Assembly: GCA_963693365.1 (NCBI GenBank)
Contig: CAVNZM010000016.1
Location: 6,245,029 to 6,309,028, forward strand
Length of the DNA stretch: 64,000 nt
Source: Amoebidium appalachense
Taxonomy: Eukaryota > Protista > Ichthyosporea
Direction: 5' to 3'
Shown: piece by piece, positions 13,270 to 27,077 of the stretch
Position numbering within the stretch: the stretch's first letter is position 1
How the letters are laid out: the number at the start of each line of letters is the position of its first letter
Position numbers and translations under genes: made by a program
Notes under the pieces: generated by a model
What the model was told of the DNA's origin: nothing
The model's input: only the letters and a program-made list of their open reading frames with translations
The model's database searches: none

Positions 13270-14123
13270 TCAGGAATTCGAACACTCACGGTGTGGCTCA
13301 TGATCATGCGCACCCCCGGAGTATTTTTGGCACATAGCACCATCAAACTCTCTGTATGCCCAAAAGGCAAAATGTATGTCCCTACGGCAGTGTTCGCTAA
13401 TAACTTTCTCTAACTCTTTAACCCTGGCACAATCAAACACAACGTGACTATGATAACGTAAATTCCTGTACTTTTCCGGAAAAACTGACGAAACACTGTT
13501 TCCAACCCCAACCCCCTCGCAAACTTGTGGTTCAAACCGGATTTTGTACTGTTCTTCCAAAGATTTGCTACCTGTGTCCGTTACAACCAATATATTCAGT
13601 ATGTTTCCATGCAGTCTATCTAACCAATGCTCACTCATGGATGTGTATAAACCGAGGTTAAGTTGTTTTTTAGTTCCGGAATGTTTTCCCCCCCAACTGC
13701 GTGGTGTTGTAGTGGTAGCAACGAGTTGAAATTCAGCGTGGTTAATCGTAAAGATCTTACTGGCCATGGAAATTGAAACTCTGGATTTGTTTCGGTATGC
13801 AGCCAAAACTCCTTCCAAATGCTCGGCTTCCAATGCAGTGCCGCAACATATAATCGCCTGCTGCGACCATAAAAACCCTGGGTTAAGGGCCATTTTCCGG
13901 TTAAATTCCCTTGCGGTATGCTTCGTTATTGGCCAAATTCTTTCCATTATCAATTTCAGCGAGAAAACATCGTGCCTCTGCCATAGCAACAGCTTCACTG
14001 CATCCAGCTCCCGTTCCAACTTCTCGCATTTATCTTCCAACACTTTCATCTCGTCCGTGAGTATAACCGGCGACGTGGATTGCTTTTCAACCCATGTTTT
14101 GGAGGTTAGGGGCCCGGGTGGGC
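13270..14123 (-). CDS. Coiled-coil + MATH/TRAF-like domain protein, paralog 1 (last exon; upstream exons not resolved)
   Basis: 259-aa ORF with an N-terminal heptad segment (LEDKCEKLERELDAVK) and motifs shared with the 19-kb and 23-kb paralogs (CGTA.E..HLE, ASK.FTI...QLVATT, L.LGLY..M.E.W). Probable acceptor CCTCCCAG near 14123. The MATH call is by motif spacing only. Confidence 0.65.
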
Positions 14124-14950
14124 TGGGAGGGATATTACGGTGTTTCGATGGAGAAGGTGCTGTGGTGCCCGCGTAAGAGCGGGTGTGCGGGATAGTGATG
14201 CTGTTACTTTCTGTGGTAGGTTACAGGGAAATGATGATGATTGAGTAGTAATAGCACTTTGCGTTACGGCCCAAGAACGGTTTCAAATTAACCGAAATCT
14301 TTAGTAACGTTTTATCTGTTCGCCGTCATCTCCACGTTTAAGAACACTGAGCCAAAAAAAAGCATTATAATCTGCTCCCTCTCCCCCCCTCCCTCGGTTT
14401 TCTCCTTCTAACACCCCTTTTGGCCCTGCCACTGCGACCACCATTCTATCAATCATGCTTTCCTCCCCCCCCCCCTCCCCCCCCCCCCTCTCCCTCCCCC
14501 CCCCCCCCCCCCCCCCCCCCCCTTTCTCCTTCCATCTTCCCCCCCCCCCTACCCCCTTCAAACTTCATATTAATGAAGGGGGGGGGGGGGAGGGTGGGGG
14601 GAGGGGGGAAGGAGAGATGGCCGGGGGGGGGGGGGGGGGGGGGGGAGATAGGGGGGAGAGGAGGGGAGTCCCTTGTAATTTAATTTAATGGCACTTTATT
14701 TAGCATGGTGTAACGTGGTGAATTTGTGTACATGGGTTGTACCGTTTTGCCAAACAGTGACTTGTTGGGGGAAGCAGGGGAGGGGAAGGAGGCAGGAGAG
14801 GGGGAGGGGGGGGGGGGGGTGGAGGCGCCGGGGGGGGGGGGGGGGGGGGGGGAGGCCGGGGGGGGGGGGGGGGGAAGGGGGGGGGATTTGGTAAAATCAG
14901 AGATAGGGGTGAGGAATGGGAGGGAGAGGGTAGGGCAGCGGGGTGGGGGT

Positions 14951-14983
<33 letters not shown>

Positions 14984-17279
14984 TCTAACCTTTTCCCTCG
15001 GTAGCAGTGGTGCACACGCTGGTGCTACGAGTGTCGATGTACCTTGGAGCCCTGGTATAAGATTCATTTAGTGAGTTATCTTGGAAACTTCGTTCATTGA
15101 GTAATTGTATATTTGGACTACGACTGCGAAACGATTTGATTGATAACCCGGCTGAACTTCACGAGAAGCTTATATCATTTGTGCAGGTTTCCGTTTCTCT
15201 TCCACCATCATCCCCACTTGCCGGGCACACACACGCACGCACGCGCGCACGCACGCACACACGCATGCACGCACGCATGCATGCATGCACGCATGCACGC
15301 ACGCACGCACACACGTGCGCATGCAAGCAGGTACACACACACACGCCACACGCACAGGCACACACAATTGCACGAGCACACGCACACGCACACGTGTACA
15401 CAAGCACACACACCCATCCCCCTCCCCGTCTACCCCCACCACCACCACACCCACAGAGCCCGCCCCGCCTCCCTCCCGCCCTCACCCGCTCACACTTGGC
15501 ACACACACCTTGCACCCCCCCTCCCCCCCCTCAACATATACAAAGGTGACATACTATATATAGTAAAACTATAAAAAAAGTAGGAATTTTGCATACTATG
15601 AGTAAAGTAATAAAAATCACGCCTTCCCCTCGCTCCTCCCCCCCTCCCCCCCCCCCCCCCCCCCCAATACTCCCCCTCCCTGTCGGGAATCTAACTAATT
15701 TGCAAGCACAGCGCTTTGCTCCCTCTAGAGCTTACAAGTGCTTCCCATCCCGTCTTGTTTATCTTCTTGGAACTTCCCATAAACCTCTTTCCCCCCCCCG
15801 AAGTCTCTGAAACCAAACAAAACATAGCGGGGGCAAAAAAAAAAAAAAGAAAGAAAGAGAGAAAAAAAAAAGAAAAGAAAAAAAAGAAAAAGCACGAGTG
15901 CACCTTCTCTAGTAATACCCACCTCCCCCTACTTATACTGGCATGGTGCATATTCAGCGGCAAATTGGGCCAAATTGATACTTCCGGAGCAGTGCTCGGA
16001 GCATCACGGAGGATGCTGTGCATACTGTGCCCCCGTGGTGCTAGTGCGAACACGGTATACGTGTTGGATTTTATGGTTGGGCTAATTAATGGTGGCCGGC
16101 AGACGCCCAAGACACAGAGGCAGAACCCTCCGTACAGGAGTGGATATGTGTGTTGTTCGCGAGGTCATGTTGGCTCGTAGTAAATTCAGGCACAAGTATG
16201 CATCATACATGCAGTTGTGTAATAGTAGTACTGAATTTCCCCCTCTGTCGGAGCCCGTCCTTGAACTTCGAGCCTGTTAGGTGGTTAACTATAATGAACG
16301 CAATTTGCAGGTTATATATTAGGTCATGCTGCTACAGAACTGCATGCATGCATATGGCCAGCATCATGCACATGGTGGTCTTTTATAGCACACATTTGCA
16401 AGGCTGCCTGCAGCCTCAGAACCACCGCTGCATCACCTCTACGTGCGCTACACACATTGTTTCTGCGTAGGACGACATACACACCTGTGTAGGTGCCATA
16501 GATACACCCGAAGCATCCAGAAGCACGCCTAAAGGTGCCACAGCTGTCACATCATCCGGTGGTATGGTCTACGTGTTTACAAATGCACCGCAAAGAGAGC
16601 CTCGGTGTGTATCACAGTGTACGTGTGTGGCTTTGAATCTCGGCGACGCTTTCTGGGGCCAGGCTCCCATGCATGGTGCAGCAGCAGTGTGTCGCGAACC
16701 CGGCAGGCGTCATGGGTGGCGACATTTCTACCCTCACATGCTAATGTTGTGTGGTTGGCACAAAAAGCAACATGGGTCACATTCATAAACTGCATAAGAA
16801 TACGTGAGCGCAGTCGAGCGTTTTGCGGTGGTGCCTGTAACATTGTTTGTTGTGGTGGAAGAATCTGTGGAATGTGTGAAGATCATTCTTATTGGCTAAG
16901 CAATCAACACTGTGTCAGATCTGATGCACCAATCACTGTTGTCATTGTTAAGAAAATTTGGAAACTAAACCTTGGGAGTACTACAGTCGAAGCCGCACAG
17001 CAGCAGCATGGGCCTAACCGTACGTACGTATAGGTAACATAGTTGCATGTGCTGTATATGGTGTTGCCTGTCGGACAACTGTAATTCTGCTATTTTCAGT
17101 TACAAATTCGAATGTACCAGCCATTCTGCATGTACGGCAGCCCTCCCTGTTACCCTTCCCCCCCTCCTCCCCTCCCCCCCCCCCCCTCCCCCTCCAACTT
17201 GGGGGGGAAAAAAGAGGGGGGAGAGGGGGAGGGGGGGGGGGGGGGGGGGGGGACGGACGGAGGGGGGGGAGGGGGGGGG

Positions 17280-17420
<141 letters not shown>

Positions 17421-17421
17421 C

Positions 17422-17455
<34 letters not shown>

Positions 17456-17533
17456 GAGAGAGAGAGAGGGGGGGGGGGGGGAAGGGGGGGAGTTAGAGAG
17501 AGAGAGAAAGTGAGAGAGAGAGATGGGTGACGT

Positions 17534-17573
<40 letters not shown>

Positions 17574-18258
17574 TTTTTTTTGTGTGTGTTGTGTGTTGGG
17601 GGGGGGGGGGGGGGGGGGGAAGGGGAGGCCTAGGGGAGGGGGGCGGCGGAACATTCAGTTTGAAGCCCACCCCACTCCTGTCCGCAGGGCTCCCCCTCGT
17701 CCCTTCTCACATTTGCAACATTAGATTAACCTTTTTTACAGTCTGTTACCAGAACCCTATGAAATTCTCCAGCACAAAAGCAAGTTATAAAGTAAACCAG
17801 AGAAAAAGAAACGTTCACACGTAAAGAAAGAGGAATAGGCTGGTGGGTATTTCTGGGGAGTGTACACGTATATGGGGGGGGGGGGGGGGGGGGGGGGGGA
17901 GGTGGGGGGGGGGGGGGGGGGGGGGAGGTGGGGGGGGGGGGGGGGGAGGGGGGTTACGTCGGAAAATTACCAACCCTTTGATATGTGGGTCTGTTGGCAC
18001 CGGGACCCCGCGACCGTATATACCGCCTTCATATTTAGCCCAGCCCCCCCCCCCCCCCTCCCCCCTTCCCCCCCCTTTCCCCCCTTCCCCCCTCCCCTCA
18101 TCCCCTCTGGCAGATCCCCTCACCCCTTCTGTAACACCTCCCCGTCCCTCATCCATTGTTTTATCAGAGTGAGACAATCTGCAGCTGCTTTCTCGCTCTT
18201 TTTTTTTTTTGCCAGTTCAACCAAATGTCTCGTTCTCTGCGAGGGACACCTGCCCCCG

Positions 18259-18298
<40 letters not shown>

Positions 18299-18811
18299 AC
18301 GGGTACTCCCCCCCTTGCCCCCTTCCCCTCCCCCCCCCCTCCCCCCCCCCCCCCGGCCCCTCTATCCCACTACCGGGCTCTCACACACTATTACACAAAA
18401 TGTAGCTGATCACACCAATACTTATATTCGATGCTTAAGATCATCTAGATCATCACGCACACATACATAGGCCTGGCAGGTTATCACTACCCAGTTATTT
18501 ATTTCACATGCACAAGCATGCCGCGTCTACCCGCACCTGTGCACACGTGCAAACACACACAACCCAATGTGACGTGGACACACACACACAAAAAGAACAC
18601 ACACACACCCGCAGATTTATATGCACTTCCACACTTCCTAAGTTTCATCGATATATGGTATACTACGTATGGTCAGGTTACACATGTGGAAGCTTGAAAA
18701 TTTAGGATGTGAACGACGATTGTAAATCAGTTGATAAACTACTGAGACATGCTGTACAGTACCTTATAAAAACGATTATTTGATCATTGAATGTGAGAAG
18801 ACTTTCCCATG

Positions 18812-18895
18812 AAAGCATTGAATCCAGTAACAGCAATAATATGCTAAAATACAAAAGCATTGAATCCAGTAACAGCAATAATATGCTAAAATACA
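18812..18895. repeat. Perfect 42-bp tandem duplication
   Basis: AAAGCATTGAATCCAGTAACAGCAATAATATGCTAAAATACA occurs twice. Confidence 0.9.
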
Positions 18896-18989
18896 GTATA
18901 TATCCTCACCCATACATATGCATCAATTACATTCTGGTGAACCGGTGTAGTACTACACTAAGTGAAAAGGCAAGAGAGGTACAAATTCC

Positions 18990-19712
18990 TTAGTGGCAAT
19001 GATCATCATCTGAGAAATATTCCACACTATCATCACTTTGATCCCAGGACACCCTAAAGACAGATGGTATCCTATTGCGGCATTCAAGGATTTTGTTTTC
19101 TAGGGTCTTAACCGACTCTTGATCAAGCACTACATGGCTCATGTAATCCAAACCGTTCAAACTGGCACGCGGCCGCGGCATATTCACGTCATATTCTGAA
19201 TCACCATCTACGTATTCAATAGCTGGGAAACACATATTGAGCCGTGTGTCGATTTCTAGCCCTGCCGGCGTCACAGGCTTCATGGTGAGCGTGTACTCTT
19301 CGTCGGAGAAGTCTTCAGCCAGTTTTCAGGCATTTCAGGCATGTCACCATACAGGCCAAGGTAGAGACCGGCTGATCGCCGATCGGCTGAGCGCTCATTG
19401 CGCAGGCAATGTGGTGGCCACGAATTGATACTTGAAGTTGTCGATCGTGAAGACTTCGCTAAGTTCGCTTGCTGCTGCGTTTGTAATAGAAATGTTGTTT
19501 CGGCATGCTCTGACAATGTTTTCCAATGGGGTGCATTCGACAGCGGTGCCGCAACAAACGATTGGTTGGCTTGGCCATAGGATCCGTTGGACTCCAGGCC
19601 ACAGTGGTGTTGGTGCAGACTTCATTACGATCGGACGAACCTTTTCCATGATCACTTGCATGGCACGGGGTGTGTGTCCCAGCCCAATCAACTCTTCAAG
19701 TGCCCGCAGCTC
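18990..19712 (-). pseudogene. Frameshifted, 5'-truncated paralog 2 of the coiled-coil/MATH-like family
   Basis: Homology to 22904-23632 is split over three ORFs: 19395-19691 (GHTPRAMQVIME...CCGTAVE...QFVATT), 19280-19516 (LYLGLYGDMPE) and 18990-19283 (NGLDYMSHVVLDQ). Similarity stops abruptly at about 19712. Confidence 0.85.
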
Positions 19713-20046
19713 TTACTATATAGTAGATATTTTAAGAGAAATATTCTAGGGGTTACCGGGGCCGTGGAAAAAGCAAGATGAATGGGGGGGGGGGGGGGGG
19801 GGGGGGGGGGAGGGGGGAGAAGGAAGGGCTTTGGACGTACGTGACAGGTGCCGCAGTACCCGCCCATGAATCCTTTCTTTGTATGTGTGTGTGTGTACGT
19901 GTGTGTACGTGTGCCACGGTGTGTGTATGAGTCTCTCTCTCTCTCTGTGTGTGTGTGTGTGCCACAGGGCACACGCACACATGAGTGTGTGTGTGTGTGT
20001 GTGTTGTGTGTGTGTGTGGGTGTGACAGAGAGGGAGAGAGAGGGAG

Positions 20047-20189
<143 letters not shown>

Positions 20190-20471
20190 GTGTTCTTCCC
20201 ACGTATACACTTACACAAACCAACGACAAATACGAAAACAACGACAACCTGTTAACGTTTGAATTTTCGGGAACCCCCCAAAAAAAGAAGTAATCTCCCC
20301 TTATCCATAAAAACACAAAAACCAATATTATCCACATGTTCCATTCGCATCCAAGTGTGCCGTCATATGCATTGGCGGCCCATGCACATGCAGCAAAGAA
20401 CTTTGTTTTCATGCAGTGAATAATCATGTGAATCCATCCCGCTCACCCCCCCCGCCCCCAACCTTCTCCTT

Positions 20472-20629
<158 letters not shown>

Positions 20630-20635
20630 CGCACG

Positions 20636-20669
<34 letters not shown>

Positions 20670-20678
20670 AACGCACAC

Positions 20679-20756
<78 letters not shown>

Positions 20757-20758
<2 letters not shown>

Positions 20759-21082
20759 GACCCAACCACATCGGCAGAGTCAACTTGCATTAAAAGCAGA
20801 ATTATTCTGCAAAAGCAGAATTATTCTGCGCAGAATTCTTCTGGCAAAAGCAGAATTATTCTGCAAAAGTAGCATCACTCAGCTTTTAGCAGACCTATTA
20901 TGCGGCAAAAGCAGAATCACTCTGCTTTTAGCAGAATCACTCTGCTTTAAGCAGAATCACTCTGCTTTTCGCAGAATGATTCTGCTTTTCGCAGAAGGAT
21001 TCTGCTTTTTGCAGAATAATTCTGCTTTTTACAGAATAATTCTGCTCGGAGCAAGTTGACTCAGCTGGTGTGGTTGGGCCCT
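20757..21082. mobile_element. Foldback MITE inside a (CA)n tract, with ~30-bp TIRs and internal ~20-bp subterminal repeats
   Basis: Left AGGACCCAACCACATCGGCAGAGTCAACTTGC matches the reverse complement of right GCAAGTTGACTCAGCTGGTGTGGTTGGGCCCT. Interior is arrays of AAAAGCAGAATTATTCTGC in both orientations. Confidence 0.8.
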
Positions 21083-21209
21083 ACACACACACACATACAT
21101 GCACACACATGCATACACACAAACACATGCACCGTGACACACACATACATACACGCACACACACACATAGTACACACGTGTGTATGTGTGTCTGTGTGTG
21201 TGTGTGTAT

Positions 21210-21258
<49 letters not shown>

Positions 21259-22032
21259 CCTGCCTGCGTGCGTGTGTTGTGTGTGTGTACGCGTGTGTGT
21301 ATGTATTTGTGTGTGTGGATATGTGTGTGTGAACGCACGAAAATACCAACGGTGACCCATCTGAAGCCAGTTCAAAGTAAAAATCACAGAAAGTACGACT
21401 TTCATTCGAAAAACCGTAAAACCTTACCAAAAATAGCTTCTAACCCAGAAAAAATCCAAAGGGGCAGTGCACCTGTGCAAGCACAGGGTGCCTCTAAATC
21501 CGCACTTCCACATGTGTGTGCATGGCCGGCCCAAGTAGAGCCAGTGTGCAGTGGGCTGACGCTCGCCTGCTAATGGCCCCCCATCCCCGCCCCACCCCCC
21601 CTCTCTCCCCCTCCCTTCTCCCCGAGGGGCCTTTTTCTTTGTGGGTTCGAAGGCGCCAGAGCGTATGGCCGGGGGCAGAACGGCTGGGAAGAGGAGAAAG
21701 GGGTAGTGGTGGTGGTGGTGATGGGGGGAGGGGGGGGGGGCGCCGGGGGGATAGCGTTTGTCACACATTGTGTGTTTATGTGTGTGGTGCACGTGTGTGT
21801 ATGTGTTTTTGTGTGTGCCAGGGTGTGTGTATGTGTGTGTGCGTGTGTGTGTATGTGTGTGTGTGTGCCAGTGTGTTTGTGTGTGTTTGCCAGACTGAGT
21901 GTGTGTGTGTGTGTGTGTGCGTGTGTGCGTGTGCGCGTGTGCGTGTGTGTGTGCGTGTGCGCGTGTGCGCGTGTGCGTGTGTGCGTGTGTTCGTGTGTGC
22001 GTGTGCGCGTGTATGTACACGCGTGTGTGATA

Positions 22033-22138
<106 letters not shown>

Positions 22139-22903
22139 TATATATGTGTGTGTGCGTTTGTGTGTTTGCGAATGGTGACCTGCGGGCTGCAGAATGAAAC
22201 CAAGCTCTGGCCCAAGCAAAGCAAAGCTAAGGCCACCGGGGGAAGGTGAAGAGGGGGGGAGGGGGGGGGGGGGGGGGGGGGGGGGGATGAAAAAAGATAA
22301 TTAACCCTCAGAAGTTCTAGACCCCACCCCCCGTTTACCTGCTAATCAAAAAGTGAGTGAACCCTGTACGAAGCTCAATGCTGATTTTTTCTATTTTTCT
22401 TTTTTTTATTGTACACAGGATCGGCTCCTCATCATAGGCTTACAGAGAGGTTCCTAGAAAACGGCATGAAAACAGAATGAGGGAGCAGAAAAGAGTAAGA
22501 GAAAATGCTACGAGTACAACTTTACCTTGCACCCGGGCGATGATGTGTGGGGTGAGACCACCTATACTCTTTCACGTTCGTCTACTCATGTCGAGAACTA
22601 CGGTATCAACCCAACAATACAACAACGCACCAAAATCAAACTGATCAAATGTAATAACAGAGAAACTCAAGAAGCGGCCATACATACATACACATTATTA
22701 CAGTAACTTTAATTGGTACCGCTCCGTAGTTAGTCTGCACTTAGTCTACATGTACAGCATGATAAAAATAAGAACTTTATGTTACACATGGGGCAGTGTA
22801 TTCATGTACATGCTGCCACCCGTTCTCGTATGTACATCACTGTGACTTCATTGCATTTCTCGCTACTTTGTCATGATATGCCGCCTCATAGGCATCCATA
22901 ATA

Positions 22904-24362
22904 TCATGCATGATCTCGCCCCGCCTCAGTATCTTCCCCCCAGTACGCCCAAAGGGCAGAAGGGCAACGGCCACGGTTACGATAGTAGAACATGCGCTCC
23001 AGAGCCGCAACGTCATCTTGTTCAAGCTCTGCATGGCCCATATACTCCAAACCGTTATATCTCACGGGCAGTACAGGAACATAATAAGTATCAATTTCTG
23101 CAGGCTCAAAAGTCAGAATATGTCTACCACAGTCTACAAGAGGACCGTTATGATAGGTGTCTTTTAAAACTTCCACTCGCGTCATAGTAAGTATGTTGTT
23201 TTTGCAGGAGAGTCTATTGCGCCAGTCTTCAGGCATGTCGCTGTATAGGCCAAGGTAGAGACGGCGGTTGGGTTCGCTTTCACTGCCGGGGGTTGTTGTG
23301 GCCACGAGTTGGTGCCTGACGTTCTCGATCGTGAACATCTTGCTTGCGGCTGTGTTTGTAATTCTCTCCTTGTTCTGGTATTTAGCGACGACACGCTCCA
23401 GGTGTATGAACTCGACAGCCGTGCCGCAACGAACGATTTCGTCGTTGGGCCAAATATAATTGTGTCGAGCTCCAGGCCACTGTATGTGTGTTGGTGCAGA
23501 GTTCGTCAGAATCGGGCGGATACTTTCCATTATCATCTGCATGGCGAGAGGTGTGTGTCCCTGCCCAATCAACTCTTCAAGTGCACGCAGCTCTCCCTTC
23601 ATTTGCTCAGATGCTGACTCCATCCTCTTCATGCCCTCTCTGAGTACATCAATGGAGGTTTTCGTGGCAAACTCCGTAACCAGTGCTGTGGTGGTGGCGG
23701 TGTGGTCTGTCGATGGAGAGGTGGTGGTGCCGTAGATAGGGTCGGTGGGGGTGGTGTCGGCGGCGGTGCGGGTGCGAGGGACGGTGATGGTGATGGTGAC
23801 AGTGGCTGCAAAAAAAAAAAAAAAAAAAATCGATAAGAATTTGTTTAGAAAGTTTGTAACTTAGTGAATGTGATATCCCGTAAACTCAAGAAAAAAAAAA
23901 AAGAAAAAAAAGAAAAGAAAAGAAAGAAAGAGAGAAAGAAATGAAACCATATGGTGTTGTTTTGCACAGTGCGCGCGCGTGAATTACCAAACAAAGCATT
24001 TCGCAACTGTTTGTTAATTATTCGAGCTCTACCCTAACAAAGAAAAGAAAAGAACAGAAAAAAAAGAAAAGAGAGAAAGAGAGAAAGAAATGAAACCATA
24101 GTGTTGTTTTGCACAGTGCGCGCGCTTACCAAACAAAGCATTTCGCCACTGTTTGTTGATTATTCGAGCTTTACCCTAACAGAGAGAACTATTGCTCTAG
24201 CAGTGCAGGAGTGTACGTTGTATCATGTACGTGGACCAGATAGCTAATCATGGGTTACAGTATTTTGAGTTCAGACCAAGAAATTCCAGAACGGAGACAG
24301 CGACGGTGATGGTGGCAGTGGTAAATGGGGTGTTGGTGGAGGTCAGCGTTGTGGGGGTGGTG

Positions 24363-24431
<69 letters not shown>

Positions 24432-24616
24432 TTGGTGGAGGGGGAGGGGGGCTCACATTTGCCGTCGCCAGCGGTCTCAATGGTGGTGTTGGTGGGTTCC
24501 GAGTGGTTTACAGCTGTGGTCCCTGAGTCGTTGGGCATGGAGGTGGAGCTGTGTTTGCGAAAAAAAATCACGCATGCAGCAGCAGTGGTTAGATATGACC
24601 GTAGCCCTTTCTCCAT
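22904..24616 (-). CDS. Coiled-coil + MATH/TRAF-like protein, paralog 3, with Thr-rich linker; probable exons 24616-24457 and 23806-22904
   Basis: The 242-aa ORF extends upstream in frame through a Thr-rich stretch to a T-run/GCAG acceptor at about 23807. The donor AAAT|GTGAGC near 24457 is phase-compatible. Confidence 0.65.
23890..24181. repeat. ~150-bp tandem duplication in intron
   Basis: GAAATGAAACCATA..GTGTTGTTTTGCACAGTGCGCGCG..TTACCAAACAAAGCATTTCGC..TTATTCGAGCT.TACCCTAACA occurs twice. Confidence 0.85.
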
Positions 24617-24960
24617 GCTCTCTCACCCTGAGGCTCCCACGTGCCCTCGTATTCTTAAGACCCTAAAATAAACTTCAACCCTGACCCCAACCCCGCTTGC
24701 AACTTGGCCCACTGAGTTGAACCCCAAAACCAAAACGTCACTCCCCTTTATTCGTGCTCTCCTAGGTGCTCAAAAATTCAATTCCTATACAGCTACCTCT
24801 CTCACTTTGCTCAGACTGAGGACACACTGTAGCACATATGAATTACTGTGCCATACGAGCAGCCGAAGGGTCACTCCACCTGTTGCAAAGCCAATCATAT
24901 GCAGTTGGGGAATCGAAGTGATATCCCCCCCCCCCCCCCCCCCTGGATCCCCCTCTAGAT

Positions 24961-25140
24961 CTCTTCTAACCCTCCCCTCTAGCTAACACCAACACAGTCA
25001 CGCTCAAGAGTCTTCTCCCAGGGATATTACGACCCACCTTTCCCCAACTGCGGCTGCCCAGTAGGACCTCAGCAGCAGTCTGGGCGCAACGGCTAGGCCC
25101 GGGGCCGTGCTATTTTTTTGCGCTTGCAGCCGTGAAGGTA

Positions 25141-25171
<31 letters not shown>

Positions 25172-25365
25172 GATCCCGCCTCCCCCTCTCTCTTCCAACC
25201 CTCCCCTCTAGCTAACACCAACACAGTCACGCTCAGAGTCTTCTCCCAGGGATATTACGACCCACCTTTCCCCAACTGCGGCTGCCCAGTAGGACCTCAG
25301 CAGCAGTCTGGGCGCAACGGCTAGGCCCGGGGCCGTGCTATTTTTAGCGCTTGCAGCCATGAAGG
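24961..25365. repeat. Direct duplication of ~175 bp (24961-25138 and 25190-25365)
   Basis: CTCCCCTCTAGCTAACACCAACACAGTCACGCTC...GGCTAGGCCCGGGGCCGTGCTATTTT occurs twice; the KNSTAPGLAVAPRLLL peptide is duplicated in the ORF track. Confidence 0.9.
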
Positions 25366-25723
25366 TGCCCAGCCAGCGCAGGGCGGTGCTGCGCCCAGCC
25401 ACAGCCACAGGGGGGAGACGGCTGGGGGCTCGGCCCACGGCGCGCACAAATGCGAACATGGTGAAATTTCACGGTGCGCGTGATGGGCCGGGTATGTGTA
25501 ACTCCACAGTGACTGTGTGAGCTGAGAGGCTGTGTTGGAGTTGGTTTTAACCTTTTCCCGATATTGGCCAAGGCTTGCAATTGGCACGCTATTGTGGGCG
25601 GCTCACAACCCCACCACTTGGTGCAACTCTGTGACACAGCTGTCAGCCAAATTACCTCCAGCTACATGTCATTCAACATGGAAGAGGGGTCACCCGCAAC
25701 CGGTAAATATATGTATATAAATA

Positions 25724-25958
25724 GGGGGGCGGGTTGGTGCAATGGTAAGATCTCTGCGTGTCAAGCTCAAAGTCGCAGGATCGATCCTGGTTACTTCCGA
25801 TTTTTGTTCTGCCTCGACGGTTCACCGGTCTGGCCGCCCCCTAGAAGCCATCACCCCAGACCACGCCAAGCAGCACCACCAATTTAGGCGGATGACCCCT
25901 CCCCTGAGGCAGTGCCTCGCCGGGAGTGAAACGGGATAAAATAAAAATAAAAATGTAC

Positions 25959-26021
<63 letters not shown>

Positions 26022-26095
26022 GGCGGAAGACCCCCTCCCCTGAGGCAGTGCCTCGCCGGGAGTGAAACGGGATAAAATAAAAATAAAAATGTACA
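25724..26095 (+). mobile_element. tRNA-derived SINE (head, body, A-rich tail, (TA)n) with its 3' ~80 bp duplicated
   Basis: A-box TGGTGCAATGG, GTC-containing loop (TGTCAA), B-box-like GGATCGATCC and a decayed acceptor stem. Body ends GGGATAAAATAAAAATAAAAA. The segment ATTTAGGCGGA.GACCCC...GTGAAACGGGATAAAA repeats at about 26017-26095. Confidence 0.75.
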
Positions 26096-26107
26096 TATAT
26101 ATATATA

Positions 26108-26171
<64 letters not shown>

Positions 26172-26416
26172 TATATACCGGTTGCGGGCGACCCCTGAAA
26201 GCTGTGTGTACATGTGGCCGTGTCGCTTTTGAACCAGCTGCCTGTGTCGACTCCTGTATGACACAACTGTGACATGTACACACGCATGTCTGTCCAATCG
26301 TGGCAGGCTCATGGCTATTTAAAGTGTCAAATCATCACCGTTACCGTGTAACTGGACACATGCGTCAGCCAGGTGCAGCTGGCGTACGAGCACGAAGTTC
26401 CAAACTCTGGGGTCTA

Positions 26417-26637
26417 TATTATTGACATTGGCCAACATTATGATAGCTGTAGCTAACTGTAGGCTTCCAACCCACGTGGGTTGGAAGCCTACAGCTAACT
26501 GTAGGCTTCCAACCGTACCCACGTGGGTTGTAGGCTTCCAACCGTACCCACGTGGGTTGGAAGCCTACAGTTAGCTACGTGGGTTGGAAGCCTACAGTTA
26601 GCTACAGCTATCACAATGTTGGCCAATGTCAATAATA
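26417..26637. repeat. Long near-perfect palindrome (foldback MITE-like) with internal tandem units
   Basis: TATTATTGACATTGGCCAACATT.TGATAGCTGTAGCTAACTGTAGGCTTCCAACCCACGT and its reverse complement form the two ends. Confidence 0.85.
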
Positions 26638-26764
26638 CACATGCACGTGTACAGCTACATCAAGTTCTGTGTGTGGGTTTGTGCAATATGTAAGTAATGA
26701 CTGGGTGGGTGGTGTTCAGATCTGTGTTGGGGAGGGACCAGGAGGGGCTGGTGAGGAGGGAGAA

Positions 26765-26805
<41 letters not shown>

Positions 26806-27027
26806 CTGGCCATGCATTTGTGCCACCATCTGGCAGTGTGTGTGTGTCTGTGTGTGTGAATTTGATAAGTTTAACGGTTGTGTGCCTCTGGCTCTGTGTG
26901 TGCGAACGGCTGTGTGACTGTATGAGCTGTTGTGTTGACCAAAATTGGTAGCCATACTGATATTGGCCTGGCCAGACCGAATTGTAAGCATAGATTTTAT
27001 GCGTTGATCTGATGTGCCTTCCCCTCC

Positions 27028-27077
<50 letters not shown>

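Noticed and set aside
15000-17100. Non-repetitive stretch with exon-like pieces (LRNDLIDNPAELHEKLISFVQ) and Cys-rich ORFs
   Set aside because: In-frame stops and no recognisable family; possibly a decayed gene or element, but unsupported.
25724-25800. Functional tRNA-Asp gene
   Set aside because: Acceptor and anticodon stems do not pair and the T-loop is GATCG; it continues into a SINE-like body and tail.
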